A DNA stretch of 64,000 bases from Candidatus Collierbacteria bacterium RIFOXYD2_FULL_45_13 (GTDB taxonomy: Bacteria; Patescibacteriota; Microgenomatia; UBA1400; MFAQ01), in assembly GCA_001774685.1 (NCBI GenBank), contig MFAS01000001.1, positions 287,557-351,556 on the forward strand, read 5' to 3'. A model generated the notes under the pieces. That model saw only the letters and a list, made by a program, of their open reading frames with translations, had not been told where the DNA came from and searched no databases. The position numbers were made by a program, and so were the translations under genes. Positions 39,776-49,415 of the stretch are shown here, piece by piece; the first letter of the stretch is position 1; each line of letters opens with the position of its first letter.

Positions 39776-40222
39776 ATGGGACGTCGACATCACTCAATCA
39801 TTGCCAAGTTAAACCGCAACACCAAAGAGCGAAAGTCTCTCTTCAGAGTTCAGTTGAAACAGCTTATCGAGCTGGGTAGTCTGACAACCACTGTTACCAA
39901 AGCCAAAATAATCAAACGCTTGTTTGATCGGCTCGCTGCGAAAGCCCAGGGTGGCACATTGGCTTCTCGCCGTCTAGTGTCTGCTGAGCTAGGCAGTCCC
40001 AAAAGTGCCAACAGATTGGTTGATCTTATTATTCCGGCCATGGGCGACAGGCACAGTGGTTTTACCACTATTCAAAAAGTTGGTGTCCGCCGAGGCGATT
40101 CAACCGTAACTGCTTCTTTGAGTTTGGTAGTTCCTTTACCGGAGACACCCAAGAGGGCTCCTAAGGTTGTTAAAGAAATCGCCAAAAAAGAAAACAAGAA
40201 AGTAATTAAGAAAAAATCATGA
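39776..40222 (+). CDS. rplQ: 50S ribosomal protein L17
   Basis: KLNR...RKSL, TTTVTKAK, R.SGFT, RRGD. Confidence 0.95.
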   Translation: MGRRHHSIIAKLNRNTKERKSLFRVQLKQLIELGSLTTTVTKAKIIKRLFDRLAAKAQGGTLASRRLVSAELGSPKSANRLVDLIIPAMGDRHSGFTTIQKVGVRRGDSTVTASLSLVVPLPETPKRAPKVVKEIAKKENKKVIKKKS

Positions 40223-40656
40223 AAACTACCACCTTAAAAGTCTCGGATCTCTCTCATCACTGGCATCTCGTAGATCTCGATGGTCAGATACTCGGTCGTG
40301 CAGCCGTCAAAATTGCCACCCTCCTCACCGGCAAGGGTAAAGCTCTCACCGGCGATCATCTGGACAATGGAGACTTTGTTGTGGCTATCAATGCCGACAA
40401 GTTCAGGGTCACTGGCAAAAAGATGACCGACAAGATTTACTATTCTCACTCCGGTTTCCCTGGTGGTTTCCGAGAAATCTCTTTGGAACAGTTAAAAGCC
40501 AGAGATCCTCGCAAGGTCATCGAAAAAGCGGTCAAAGGCATGCTTCCAAAAGACAAGTTCCAACAGACTCGCCTCAGACGCCTCAAGATATTTACCGATG
40601 CCAAACACCCTTATACTGTCGAGTTGGGTTTAGTTAAAAAGGAGGAAACGAAATAA
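40219..40656 (+). CDS. rplM: 50S ribosomal protein L13
   Basis: W.LVD..GQILGR, HSGFPGG, AVKGMLP. Confidence 0.98.
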   Translation: MKTTTLKVSDLSHHWHLVDLDGQILGRAAVKIATLLTGKGKALTGDHLDNGDFVVAINADKFRVTGKKMTDKIYYSHSGFPGGFREISLEQLKARDPRKVIEKAVKGMLPKDKFQQTRLRRLKIFTDAKHPYTVELGLVKKEETK

Positions 40657-40657
40657 T

Positions 40658-41137
40658 ATGGCACAAAAACTATCCAAAAAATCAAAAATTGCTGTAAAAC
40701 CAGTCAAGACCGCACCAGTCAAAAAGGGGTCTTTATCGATGCCCAAAGAATTCTTCTCTGCTGTCGGCAGACGTAAAACCGCAATTGCGCGTGTCCGCAT
40801 CTGGCCGGGCAAACAAGAGCTTACTGTCAACGGTAAGCCGATTTCTGCCTACTTCAAAGGGGAAACCTTCAAAAAGATTTATCAGGCACCCTTTACGGTC
40901 ACTGAAACTCTTGGTCAATACACCGGCAGTATCAAAATCGCCGGCTCCGGCTTAATGTCCCAGGCAAACGCCATGGTCCACGGTATTGCCCGTGCTTTGG
41001 TAAAAGTAAACTCAGACCAATACAAACAGATTCTGAGAGACAAAGGTTTCATTACCCGCGACTCCCGTATGAAAGAAACTCGTAAAGCCGGTCAAGGTGG
41101 CCGAGCCCGCGCCAAGAAGCAAAGCCCAAAGCGTTAA
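40658..41137 (+). CDS. rpsI: 30S ribosomal protein S9
   Basis: GRRKTAIARV, TRDSRMKE, QSPKR. Confidence 0.98.
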   Translation: MAQKLSKKSKIAVKPVKTAPVKKGSLSMPKEFFSAVGRRKTAIARVRIWPGKQELTVNGKPISAYFKGETFKKIYQAPFTVTETLGQYTGSIKIAGSGLMSQANAMVHGIARALVKVNSDQYKQILRDKGFITRDSRMKETRKAGQGGRARAKKQSPKR

Positions 41138-42045
41138 ATCTTACCCAACAACGTTTTTGCCTCCAGTTCGAGGTTCAATTCGGTGCTCGTCACGCCATCT
41201 CTTTCGGCGTCAAAATACCCACCCATGACTCTGGACGCCAGCACCGGCGCAAACTCCTTATCATTCTTCTCGGTCCATTTATTAGTCTCCTTGAACATTT
41301 TCAAAAATTGCTCTGCCAAGTCCGGTCTCTGAAGTTTTGTGTATACCCGATGATAGAAGTAGGCTACGTCATAAAACTTCAGTCCGCCCATTTGGGCCGC
41401 TTCACTGTCGATCAAATAGTAATTTCTACTCTTGGTCTTCATTATTGCCCAAGGGGTAAAGTCCCCATGACTCGCCGCGATTTCGATATCTTCTTTTCTC
41501 TCTTTAATAAATCGAAGTAGTTTTTTAGTATCTCTGTTGGAACCATTAGCCCACTCTTCGGACTTCTGTTCCAATCTTTCCGGCCATACGGTTTTAAAAT
41601 ATTCTTTGTCTTTCGGTAGCAGGCTTACCTCGGCAAGCTCTATGATATTCTTTGCTATCTTCGCCGCCACCTCAATGTCTTTTTCGGAAACACTCGCCTT
41701 CTTTTGGCCCGGTTCGGCTAGCAGTTTTCCAAAAACAAACTCCCCGATAAACCAGTATTTATCTTGAAAATATCCTTCATCAAATACTTTTGGAATTCTA
41801 AATGTTTTAAGGTATTTTTTCCAGATGGTGTTTGTGTTCTCATTGAAACATTTTTCGTTCCATGTCCTTTCTCCAATCTCTTTAGTACTCGCCAGTTTCA
41901 GAAAAAGTTTCTCGTTTTCAAACTTGACCTGACCGGTCACGTGCCGCCACGGTTGTTCCAATTTTTGTATTCGGTACCCCAGATTTTCGAAGTGTCTGCC
42001 GACCTCCTCCAGGTTCATTTTTTCCGAGATTGTTTGGCCAGGCAT
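41134..42045 (-). CDS. aminoglycoside phosphotransferase/choline kinase-like protein
   Basis: FLK, HGDFTPW, LIDSE, YDVA kinase-fold motifs. Confidence 0.8.
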   Translation of the reverse strand: MPGQTISEKMNLEEVGRHFENLGYRIQKLEQPWRHVTGQVKFENEKLFLKLASTKEIGERTWNEKCFNENTNTIWKKYLKTFRIPKVFDEGYFQDKYWFIGEFVFGKLLAEPGQKKASVSEKDIEVAAKIAKNIIELAEVSLLPKDKEYFKTVWPERLEQKSEEWANGSNRDTKKLLRFIKERKEDIEIAASHGDFTPWAIMKTKSRNYYLIDSEAAQMGGLKFYDVAYFYHRVYTKLQRPDLAEQFLKMFKETNKWTEKNDKEFAPVLASRVMGGYFDAERDGVTSTELNLELEAKTLLGKI

Positions 42046-42084
42046 TACTTCATTATATCCATATGTTTAATTTATGAATCGTCC

Positions 42085-42104
42085 GTGATATAATACCCCA
42101 TAAC
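42085..42104 (+). promoter_or_regulatory. repeated extended -10 promoter/leader motif, copy 3
   Basis: GTGATATAATACCCCATAAC, identical to copy 1 over 20 nt. Confidence 0.7.
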
Positions 42105-42123
42105 CCATTACAAGGAGGTTTTC

Positions 42124-42522
42124 TTGAACATTAAGATTCTTGTTGATAACGTCAGTCGGGATTGGACGCCGGGTGCTTTCAAAGTACAAGCACTCAAAGA
42201 AATTATTCAAGCCGTATTCAAATGTCCCTCGACATTTATTTTTAAGCCTGCGTCTGAATACTGCTTCACGGAACTTGGTCACATCACCCCGGTCAATAAA
42301 GTCATCGTTACCATCGGACCGGAGACGCCCGACGAGCAGCCCTATCGAAGCGTCGATTTTTCAGCCAAAGCTGAACTGATCAACGAGAAGGTTCAATCCC
42401 TTCTTTTAGGATCCTCTGTACCGTACGAACTCAATTTACCTGCAGAGGTCGACATTACTGCTTTTCGGAAGGTATATTCTTTTCGAGGCAGTCAAGCCAT
42501 TGAAAAGCAGGAATGGCGGTAG
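42124..42522 (+). CDS. hypothetical protein (orphan cassette)
   Basis: AAGGAGGT SD before TTG start; terminator CCCCTC-gcaa-GAGGGG at 42538-42559. Confidence 0.65.
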   Translation: MNIKILVDNVSRDWTPGAFKVQALKEIIQAVFKCPSTFIFKPASEYCFTELGHITPVNKVIVTIGPETPDEQPYRSVDFSAKAELINEKVQSLLLGSSVPYELNLPAEVDITAFRKVYSFRGSQAIEKQEWR

Positions 42523-42575
42523 TCAAACTTTTCACCCTCCCCTCGCAAGAGGGGATTTTAAGTTAAAATAACTCG

Positions 42576-43160
42576 ATGAAAATTTGTGGTTTAGACGAGT
42601 GTGGTCGAGGCGCTTTTGCCGGCCCTCTCGTGGCCGCCGCCGTCATAATAAATTGTGATCTGGAATCTATTCCGGCCCTCCTTCCCGTTCCTCTTCGGGA
42701 CAGTAAAAAACTCACCGAAATCCAACGAAACAAAATTGTCGCCTCTTTGCCGAAACTACCAGTGATCTACAAAATCGCCGAGATCTCTGTTTCTGAAATA
42801 AATCAGTTTGGCATGGGCTGGGCCAACCGCCAGATTTTTGATAACCTTATCTCCGGAATCCAGGCTAATCTCTTTATTGTTGACGGAAATCTAAAGTTTA
42901 CCAATCCTGCCGTCAGAACGCTGATCAAGGGAGACGATAAATGCTACCAGGTAATGCTGGCGAGTATTATCGCCAAAGTCTATCGTGATAATCTCATGTC
43001 CAAACTTCACCAGGACTTTCCGGAATATGGCTGGGATAGAAACTCCGGCTACGGCACTGCCGAACATATCCAAGCTATCAAGCAATTTGGCCAAAACCTC
43101 CACCATCGATCCCAGTATATTGCTAGCTGTTTATCTCGGCAGTGGCCGAGGGGGGTATAA
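42576..43160 (+). CDS. rnhB: ribonuclease HII
   Basis: GLDECGRGAFAGP, DSKKL, VDG, KGD, ASIIAKV.RD, GYGT..H. Confidence 0.97.
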   Translation: MKICGLDECGRGAFAGPLVAAAVIINCDLESIPALLPVPLRDSKKLTEIQRNKIVASLPKLPVIYKIAEISVSEINQFGMGWANRQIFDNLISGIQANLFIVDGNLKFTNPAVRTLIKGDDKCYQVMLASIIAKVYRDNLMSKLHQDFPEYGWDRNSGYGTAEHIQAIKQFGQNLHHRSQYIASCLSRQWPRGV

Positions 43161-43168
43161 TCGCTATT

Positions 43169-44152
43169 ATGAAATCAGAAATCGAGCGTAGTCTTCCTGT
43201 TATACCCGAGTCGGATATTTATCGTGAAGATGGTCGCAAGTCTCTTACGGAACTCTGGGAGACTTATCTAACCTTGATCGATAAAGGATGGATTGGAGAA
43301 ATAATCGCCAGCCAGGAGATTACTCTACCGGATGGTTCTATGGCAGAACTTCCGATATTTGCCTTTAGGACTCCATTGCCGGCAGGTAAATCGGAGGAGG
43401 CTCTGTGGGTGTTGGGAGGCGTTCACGGAGAGGAGCCAGCCGGCCCAAATGCCTTTTCTCAAAAAATTGACTCTATCGATCATCTAAGGGAGTTTGGTAT
43501 ACCAGTCGTTTTTATTCCACTTATGAACCCTGCCGGTTACTTTAGGGATTGGCGTTACGAGGATGAACGGAGGGACTTCACCAAAGGTCATAGCGTCAGT
43601 GACTCTGAACACATGTTATTGGCCGAAAACAGTCGGCCTCGCACTGATCACCCCGCCAGCAAAACTGCCGATCAGATTACTTCTTGGATTGAAAGGTCGG
43701 TTTCCGCTTATTACCCCAAACTAGTTATAGATCATCATGAAGACAGAGTTCCGGAAAAATTTCCGGAAGGTGACCCGCGCAATATCACCTCCTGTTACGT
43801 TTACGCGTCTGGTCAAGGATCTCACACAGCCGACATTGCTCAGGCAGTAAACCGGTTATTTATCGAATCTGGACTTCCCGTTATCGATCAAGGCACCACA
43901 CGCTTTGGAGAGCAAATAATCTCTGGAGTTGTGGCCAACGCTGCCGACGGGTCGATCGACGAATTTCTTAGTTCGGCAAAATATTTTTCGCGATCCGAGA
44001 ATAGGATCAAGGATAAATTCCCCGCTTCAACTTCTATTGTCGTCGAGACGACCATTCCGTTTGATGGCTCGATTCCTCTGATCGATAGGGTACGTGCACA
44101 TGGAAAGATAGTCGATTCTTATTTACCGTTTTGGCAACTGGTTAAGAGTTGA
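43169..44152 (+). CDS. M14-type zinc metallopeptidase / succinylglutamate desuccinylase-like protein
   Basis: GGVHGEEPAG, PLMNP.G, IDHHE, C-terminal VET; TATAAT just upstream of ATG 43169. Confidence 0.75.
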   Translation: MKSEIERSLPVIPESDIYREDGRKSLTELWETYLTLIDKGWIGEIIASQEITLPDGSMAELPIFAFRTPLPAGKSEEALWVLGGVHGEEPAGPNAFSQKIDSIDHLREFGIPVVFIPLMNPAGYFRDWRYEDERRDFTKGHSVSDSEHMLLAENSRPRTDHPASKTADQITSWIERSVSAYYPKLVIDHHEDRVPEKFPEGDPRNITSCYVYASGQGSHTADIAQAVNRLFIESGLPVIDQGTTRFGEQIISGVVANAADGSIDEFLSSAKYFSRSENRIKDKFPASTSIVVETTIPFDGSIPLIDRVRAHGKIVDSYLPFWQLVKS

Positions 44153-44160
44153 TATTTTCA

Positions 44161-44189
44161 TTGACAGCTACTCTTATTGAAACTAAACT
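44161..44189 (+). promoter_or_regulatory. sigma70 promoter of A2M operon
   Basis: TTGACA-17 nt-TAAACT, 9 nt before ATG. Confidence 0.7.
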
Positions 44190-44198
44190 GAATCATCG

Positions 44199-47100
44199 AT
44201 GGGAAAAATAAAAACCTTCTTAGGTTCTTTGCGTCCTTGGCAACTTTTTGGTATTCTGTTTGCATCGGTCGGACTGCTCGTCTCTGTCATTCTCGCTTCG
44301 CAGTATCTTCAGCGCTCCGCCAAGCTCAAGCTCGGTTCGACTTCCGGACTTTTGCTCACAGCAGATAGACAAGACTCTCTGGGGACTTTCCAAGACTCCA
44401 CCTTTACCTTAAAGTCCGATCAGGACCTTACGGTTGCCAGTCTGAAGAACAGCGTTATTTTTTTCCCTGAAATAGATTTCGATATTCGTGAGGTCAATCC
44501 CCGCCAGTTTAGTATTTCCCCCAAAACACTTCTGAAGAACAACAGTCTGTATCGCATCAAAATCCTTGCCGAACAGAAGACCTTTTCCTGGGCCTTCCAG
44601 ACCAAAAACGATTTTCGCGTGATTCAGACACTTCCTCGTGACCAAGCAAACTATGTACCTCTTAATTCTGGGATCGAGATTACCTTCAGTCATGACAACT
44701 GGGCCGATATTGGTTTGAAAGAAGGAAATTTTGAAATCACTCCGGCCGTCGATGGCCGTTTTGAACGCCACAAGCGCACCCTGTCTTTCGTCTCCAAAGG
44801 TCTCACACCTGGCACGCTTTACACTATTAAGATTAAAAAAGGTCTAAAACTAAACGGCACTACCGAAACACTCAAAGAGGACTTTGTTTTCCGTTTTGAG
44901 ACTCAACCTTCTAATGTTGGACAGACACTCGGGTTTGCCCGAAACTTTTACGAATTTTCACCTTCGGAAACACCAGCCTTCGATATTTACACCTCTGCTT
45001 CCGGTGGTGGGGATCTTTCTGTTCAAGTTTATCAGTATTCCGGTTTTTCGGGCTTTAATTCAGACTTCAACACTCTCCTATCCATTCCCTCTTGGGCCTA
45101 CAACTCACTTCATTCCAAGCGATTACCGGTCACTAGTCTTACGAAAGTTCTAGACTTCCACACCCCCATCCATCAGCAGACATACACCAACTTCTTCTTA
45201 TTTCCTCAAACTTTACCTAAAGGGTATTATTTGGTCGAATCAAACTTAGGTAGCGTTTCCACCCAGGCCCTAGTTCAAATTACCGATATATCAGCTTATC
45301 TTAGCTCAAGCGGGACCAAAACTCTGGTTTGGGTCAATGATATCGAGTCCAAAAAACCGATTTCCGGTGCCAAGATAAATTTCGGAGGAAAGGTACAGGA
45401 AACCGGATCCGAAGGAGTCGCTTATTTTGATACTCCCCAGTCGCAGATAGACGAACCATCGGCCATCACAGTTAGTTACGGCGACAGCCATCTGCTTCTG
45501 CCTCCGAAAAACTCTGGCAATTACTACTACTCAAAATACCAGCAAACCAGACGAGTGTTAGACAAATACTGGAGTTATTTCTACACCGACCGGCCGGTTT
45601 ATCTTCCTATCGATAGCGTCAAATTTTGGGGACTGCTTCGGGACCGAGATAATCTTAGTCAAAAACAAAAGTTCACCTTAGAAGTCACCCGGTCGGATTA
45701 CACCGGTTGGGATTTCAACCCCATCATCCTGTTTACCAAAGATTTTGAAACCAGCGATCTGGGCACTTTCACTGGTGAAGTCCCTTTGTCGGGTTTTAAC
45801 CCCGGCTGGTATGGAATCGCCCTCAAGATGGGGGACTCTGTGGTCATGAGCTCTTCTTTCACTGTGGCCACTTACACCAAGCCGGCTTACCGCCTCACCC
45901 TCCAATCCTCCAAGAAGGCCGCTATCATCGGAGAGACCATCTCTTTCACCGGACAAGCCACTTTTTTTGAAGGTTCACCGGTACCTGGGATGAACCTAAA
46001 ATACACCAGTCGTGACACCAAAGGCTCTGTAACGACCGATTCGTTGGGTAGATTCAGTTTTAGTCAAGTCGCTTCGATGAGGCCAAGCTTCGTTAACTAT
46101 TCTCCTGAATATACCTACCTTTTCCTTCGACCATCGCAAATGGAAGAGGGCGACATCCAGGCTGACGTGTCGGTAGCGGTTTTCAACTCTTCTTTAGCCT
46201 TCAATTCCATGAAATCGGAATCAAAGGGAAACATCGGTCGGGTGGAGTTGGATCTGCGGCAGGTAGACACTTCAAGGTTTGTCCCCTATACCTCGTTGGA
46301 CAATTTTACCCCTGCTCCGGGCCGGACTGTTACCGGCACTCTTATGGAGAACCAGTGGAACCGTCGTGAGGTCGGTACCTATTACGACTTTATCAATAAA
46401 GTCACCTCCCCAAGATATGAATACGACCGTATCCAAAACAAAATCGCCGATATTAGTTTAACTACCGATACCAACGGTAAAGCCGTCTATGAATTTCCGG
46501 TCGCGGAAGGCAAATCTTACAATGTTATTTTTCGCGCTTCGGATGATCAAAGCAGGACAACCACCCAAGATATTTACGTTTCCGGATCTGCCGATAATTA
46601 TCCTCGAAACAACTATGTCTTCCTAAAATCGGACAAATCAGGTTTCAACGATCCTTTCGCCATCGGTGAGCCGGTTAACCTTACTGTCATGCGGGGAGAA
46701 TCCCCCATGTCCTCCACCGATTCTGACAAATTCCTGTATCTGTTTGCCCAGAGAGGCATCAAGTCTTTCCAGATCTCAGATGATTCAAATATCAGTTTCA
46801 AGTTCTCTGATGCCTTCATTCCCAACATCTCGGTTCGGGCTATTAGATTTACCGGTAAAACCTACGAAGTTTCCGAAGGATTAAATCTGATGTTCGATAG
46901 TTCAGCCAAGAAACTCTCTCTGGACGTTACCATGGATAAATCTTCCTATCTCCCGGGAAGCACTGCCAGGCTTTCTGTTCTTTCCAAAGATTCACACGGT
47001 TCTCCGGTGCCGGCCGAGGTCAATTTATCTTTCCTCGACGAAGCCTACAACGCCATAAACCCCGTTACAGTGGATCCTCTTGCCAGAATTTTCAGTTCCC

Positions 47101-49415
47101 TAGATCCGGACATTATTGTTTCTTATCAGTCTCATCAATATCCCCTTGACGCCTCGGGAGCCGAGGGTGGTGGTTGTTTCCTGCCGGGTACCACCATTCT
47201 CATGGGCAACGGACAGGTGAAAAATATTGAAGATGTTGTCGTTGGCGATACGATCAAAACGCTCCAAAGTCCATCTTCGACCAAAACAGTCAGCGCCAAG
47301 GTTGTCAGAGTATTTCAGCATCAAGTATTCGGGTATCTCATCATCAATGATCGGCTAAGAGTTACCGCCGAGCACAACCTCTACATCAACGGCCGCTTTA
47401 TGACGGCAGGAGAAGTCAAGACGGGTGATTTTTATCTTGACTCACACGGAAATTATCAGAAAATTTATTCCATCGAATCTCGATCGGGTATACACACTGT
47501 CTATAACTTTACCGTCGACAAACTTAGCACTTACATCGCCGACGGTTTTTATGTTCACAACGAAAAAGGCCGCGAACTTTTTGTCGACAATGCCTATTTT
47601 GGCAGCGTCCGCACCGGCAGTGATGGACAAGCCAGTCTGGAAGTCAAGCTTCCGGACAATCTTACTTCATGGAGGATCACTTCGCAGGGAGTAACTGGAG
47701 ATCTAAAAGCAGGCGCAAGCTCTAACCTTTTGGTAGTCAAACAACCCTTTTTTGTCGATGCGGTTATGAATACTGAGTACTTAGTGGGGGAGCGGCCTGA
47801 GATCTCAGTCCGCGCTTATGGAGAAGGTCTGTCGGCGGGAGATCGGGTCGCCTTTCGGATTCAATCACCCACTCTGGGTATAGACAAAAATGTAAATGCT
47901 CAAGCCTTCGAAAACATCCGGGTAGATCTGGGGGCCCTAAAAGAAGGATCACACAGTCTCACTATATCCGGTAGCTCTGGTAGCCATGCAGACAAATTAA
48001 TCAGAAAGATTTCTGTGCTTAAATCACGTCTCAAAATGGTCAAAGCCACCGGTATCACTTTATCCGAGGACACCAAGCCGGAAGGTTCTACCGATTCTCC
48101 CACCACCTTGATTTTTTCCGACAAAAGTCTAGGCCGTTTCTTTCCTCCTCTGTCTAATTTGGCCTACACCTGGGGAGACCGTTTGGATCAGCGCTTGGCC
48201 CGGACACTTTCCGGAGAAATTATCAAAAGAACTTTCGATGAGACCATCACTCCGGAAAAACTAGACTTGGCACCTTACCAAACTCCGGATGGCGGTTTTG
48301 CCCTCTTCCCCTACTCCGGGTCGGACTTGGAGCTCTCTGCCTTTGTCGCCGCACTTGCCCAAAGTAAGATTGACTTCGTCGGTTTAGGTAACTATTTTTA
48401 CCGTGAACTAGCTAAAGCCAAAGATGTCGACACCGCTTCCACGTCTCTTTTTGGTCTGGCTAGTTTGGACGAGCCGGCTCTCTTACTCATCGATAATCTC
48501 TCCGTAGCCAAGAATCTTACCTCGTTGTCTCGGATATTTTTGGGATTGGCTCAGGCTAAAATCGGGGATACCGAGAAAGCCCGGCTCACCTATCAAGCTC
48601 TACTTTCAGATTTTTCTGTCAAACAAGACAACTTTACGTATATAAAGATTGGTTCGGATAAAGATAGTCAGCTTCAGGCCACCGCCCTCATGGCTGCCCT
48701 CGCTTCAATGCTGGGAGAACCGGAAACAGATAGTCTCCTGGGTTACACCCTCGCCAACAACGGCAAAGACATCCTTATGGTTTCCTCACAGCTGCTCACT
48801 ATTTCTCACCAAATTCAAAACATCAAACCACAGCCCGTTTCTTTTGCCTATACTCTGAATGGGAAAAAAGAGGCCAAGACTCTTGTAAAGGGTCAAGTCT
48901 TTAAGCTGGAGTTATCACCCAAAGAACTTTCTCAGATATCTTTTAGCGATCTGAAGGGCGATATTGGTCTGAGTTCGACCTTTACAACAGTTCTTGATCC
49001 GAAGATAGCTAATGTCAGTCAATCTGTAAAATTGGGTAGAACTTATTCTGTTCGTGGAGCTATCACCAATACTTTTTCTAGCGCCGATCTGGTTCGGGTT
49101 TCTTTGCCGGTTACATATGCAGCTATTACTCAAGATGGCTGTTACCAAGTCTCAGATCTGCTCCCCTCTGGCTTAAGACCCATCACTTCCGTTTATAGTT
49201 TCGGGCTTGATACCGGCAATGTCTGGTACCCGTACGAAATCAATGGGCAAAAGATTAGTTTCTGCATTGGCAAGGAAAACAAAAGCGATACCATCAACTA
49301 CTACGCCCGGGTCATCTCATCCGGAGACTTCCGTGCCGAAAGTGCTTTGATTCAATCGTTAATTTCGCCATCGGTTTTCAATCTCTCTCCCTCTGGGTCC
49401 GTAAGCGTCAAATGA
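44199..49415 (+). CDS. membrane-anchored alpha-2-macroglobulin family protein with Ig-like domains and an internal Hint domain
   Basis: YTDRPVYLP (MG domain), DKSSYLPG, DEA, KLPDNLTSWRI, QTPDGGFALF, VSDLLPSGL, INYYARV...GDF. Confidence 0.92.
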   Translation: MGKIKTFLGSLRPWQLFGILFASVGLLVSVILASQYLQRSAKLKLGSTSGLLLTADRQDSLGTFQDSTFTLKSDQDLTVASLKNSVIFFPEIDFDIREVNPRQFSISPKTLLKNNSLYRIKILAEQKTFSWAFQTKNDFRVIQTLPRDQANYVPLNSGIEITFSHDNWADIGLKEGNFEITPAVDGRFERHKRTLSFVSKGLTPGTLYTIKIKKGLKLNGTTETLKEDFVFRFETQPSNVGQTLGFARNFYEFSPSETPAFDIYTSASGGGDLSVQVYQYSGFSGFNSDFNTLLSIPSWAYNSLHSKRLPVTSLTKVLDFHTPIHQQTYTNFFLFPQTLPKGYYLVESNLGSVSTQALVQITDISAYLSSSGTKTLVWVNDIESKKPISGAKINFGGKVQETGSEGVAYFDTPQSQIDEPSAITVSYGDSHLLLPPKNSGNYYYSKYQQTRRVLDKYWSYFYTDRPVYLPIDSVKFWGLLRDRDNLSQKQKFTLEVTRSDYTGWDFNPIILFTKDFETSDLGTFTGEVPLSGFNPGWYGIALKMGDSVVMSSSFTVATYTKPAYRLTLQSSKKAAIIGETISFTGQATFFEGSPVPGMNLKYTSRDTKGSVTTDSLGRFSFSQVASMRPSFVNYSPEYTYLFLRPSQMEEGDIQADVSVAVFNSSLAFNSMKSESKGNIGRVELDLRQVDTSRFVPYTSLDNFTPAPGRTVTGTLMENQWNRREVGTYYDFINKVTSPRYEYDRIQNKIADISLTTDTNGKAVYEFPVAEGKSYNVIFRASDDQSRTTTQDIYVSGSADNYPRNNYVFLKSDKSGFNDPFAIGEPVNLTVMRGESPMSSTDSDKFLYLFAQRGIKSFQISDDSNISFKFSDAFIPNISVRAIRFTGKTYEVSEGLNLMFDSSAKKLSLDVTMDKSSYLPGSTARLSVLSKDSHGSPVPAEVNLSFLDEAYNAINPVTVDPLARIFSSLDPDIIVSYQSHQYPLDASGAEGGGCFLPGTTILMGNGQVKNIEDVVVGDTIKTLQSPSSTKTVSAKVVRVFQHQVFGYLIINDRLRVTAEHNLYINGRFMTAGEVKTGDFYLDSHGNYQKIYSIESRSGIHTVYNFTVDKLSTYIADGFYVHNEKGRELFVDNAYFGSVRTGSDGQASLEVKLPDNLTSWRITSQGVTGDLKAGASSNLLVVKQPFFVDAVMNTEYLVGERPEISVRAYGEGLSAGDRVAFRIQSPTLGIDKNVNAQAFENIRVDLGALKEGSHSLTISGSSGSHADKLIRKISVLKSRLKMVKATGITLSEDTKPEGSTDSPTTLIFSDKSLGRFFPPLSNLAYTWGDRLDQRLARTLSGEIIKRTFDETITPEKLDLAPYQTPDGGFALFPYSGSDLELSAFVAALAQSKIDFVGLGNYFYRELAKAKDVDTASTSLFGLASLDEPALLLIDNLSVAKNLTSLSRIFLGLAQAKIGDTEKARLTYQALLSDFSVKQDNFTYIKIGSDKDSQLQATALMAALASMLGEPETDSLLGYTLANNGKDILMVSSQLLTISHQIQNIKPQPVSFAYTLNGKKEAKTLVKGQVFKLELSPKELSQISFSDLKGDIGLSSTFTTVLDPKIANVSQSVKLGRTYSVRGAITNTFSSADLVRVSLPVTYAAITQDGCYQVSDLLPSGLRPITSVYSFGLDTGNVWYPYEINGQKISFCIGKENKSDTINYYARVISSGDFRAESALIQSLISPSVFNLSPSGSVSVK
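47175..47561 (+). other. Hint (intein/BIL-like) domain, 129 aa, no homing endonuclease, within A2M
   Basis: Block A CFLPGTTILM, IEDVVVGD, block B LRVTAEH, block F/G VYNFTV...TYIADGFYVHN; +1 residue is Glu. Confidence 0.92.

Noticed and set aside
41134-42045. Aminoglycoside resistance gene
   Set aside because: Only generic APH/choline-kinase fold motifs; substrate cannot be assigned from sequence
47175-47561. Canonical splicing intein with homing endonuclease
   Set aside because: Only 129 aa, no LAGLIDADG or HNH motif, and +1 residue is Glu
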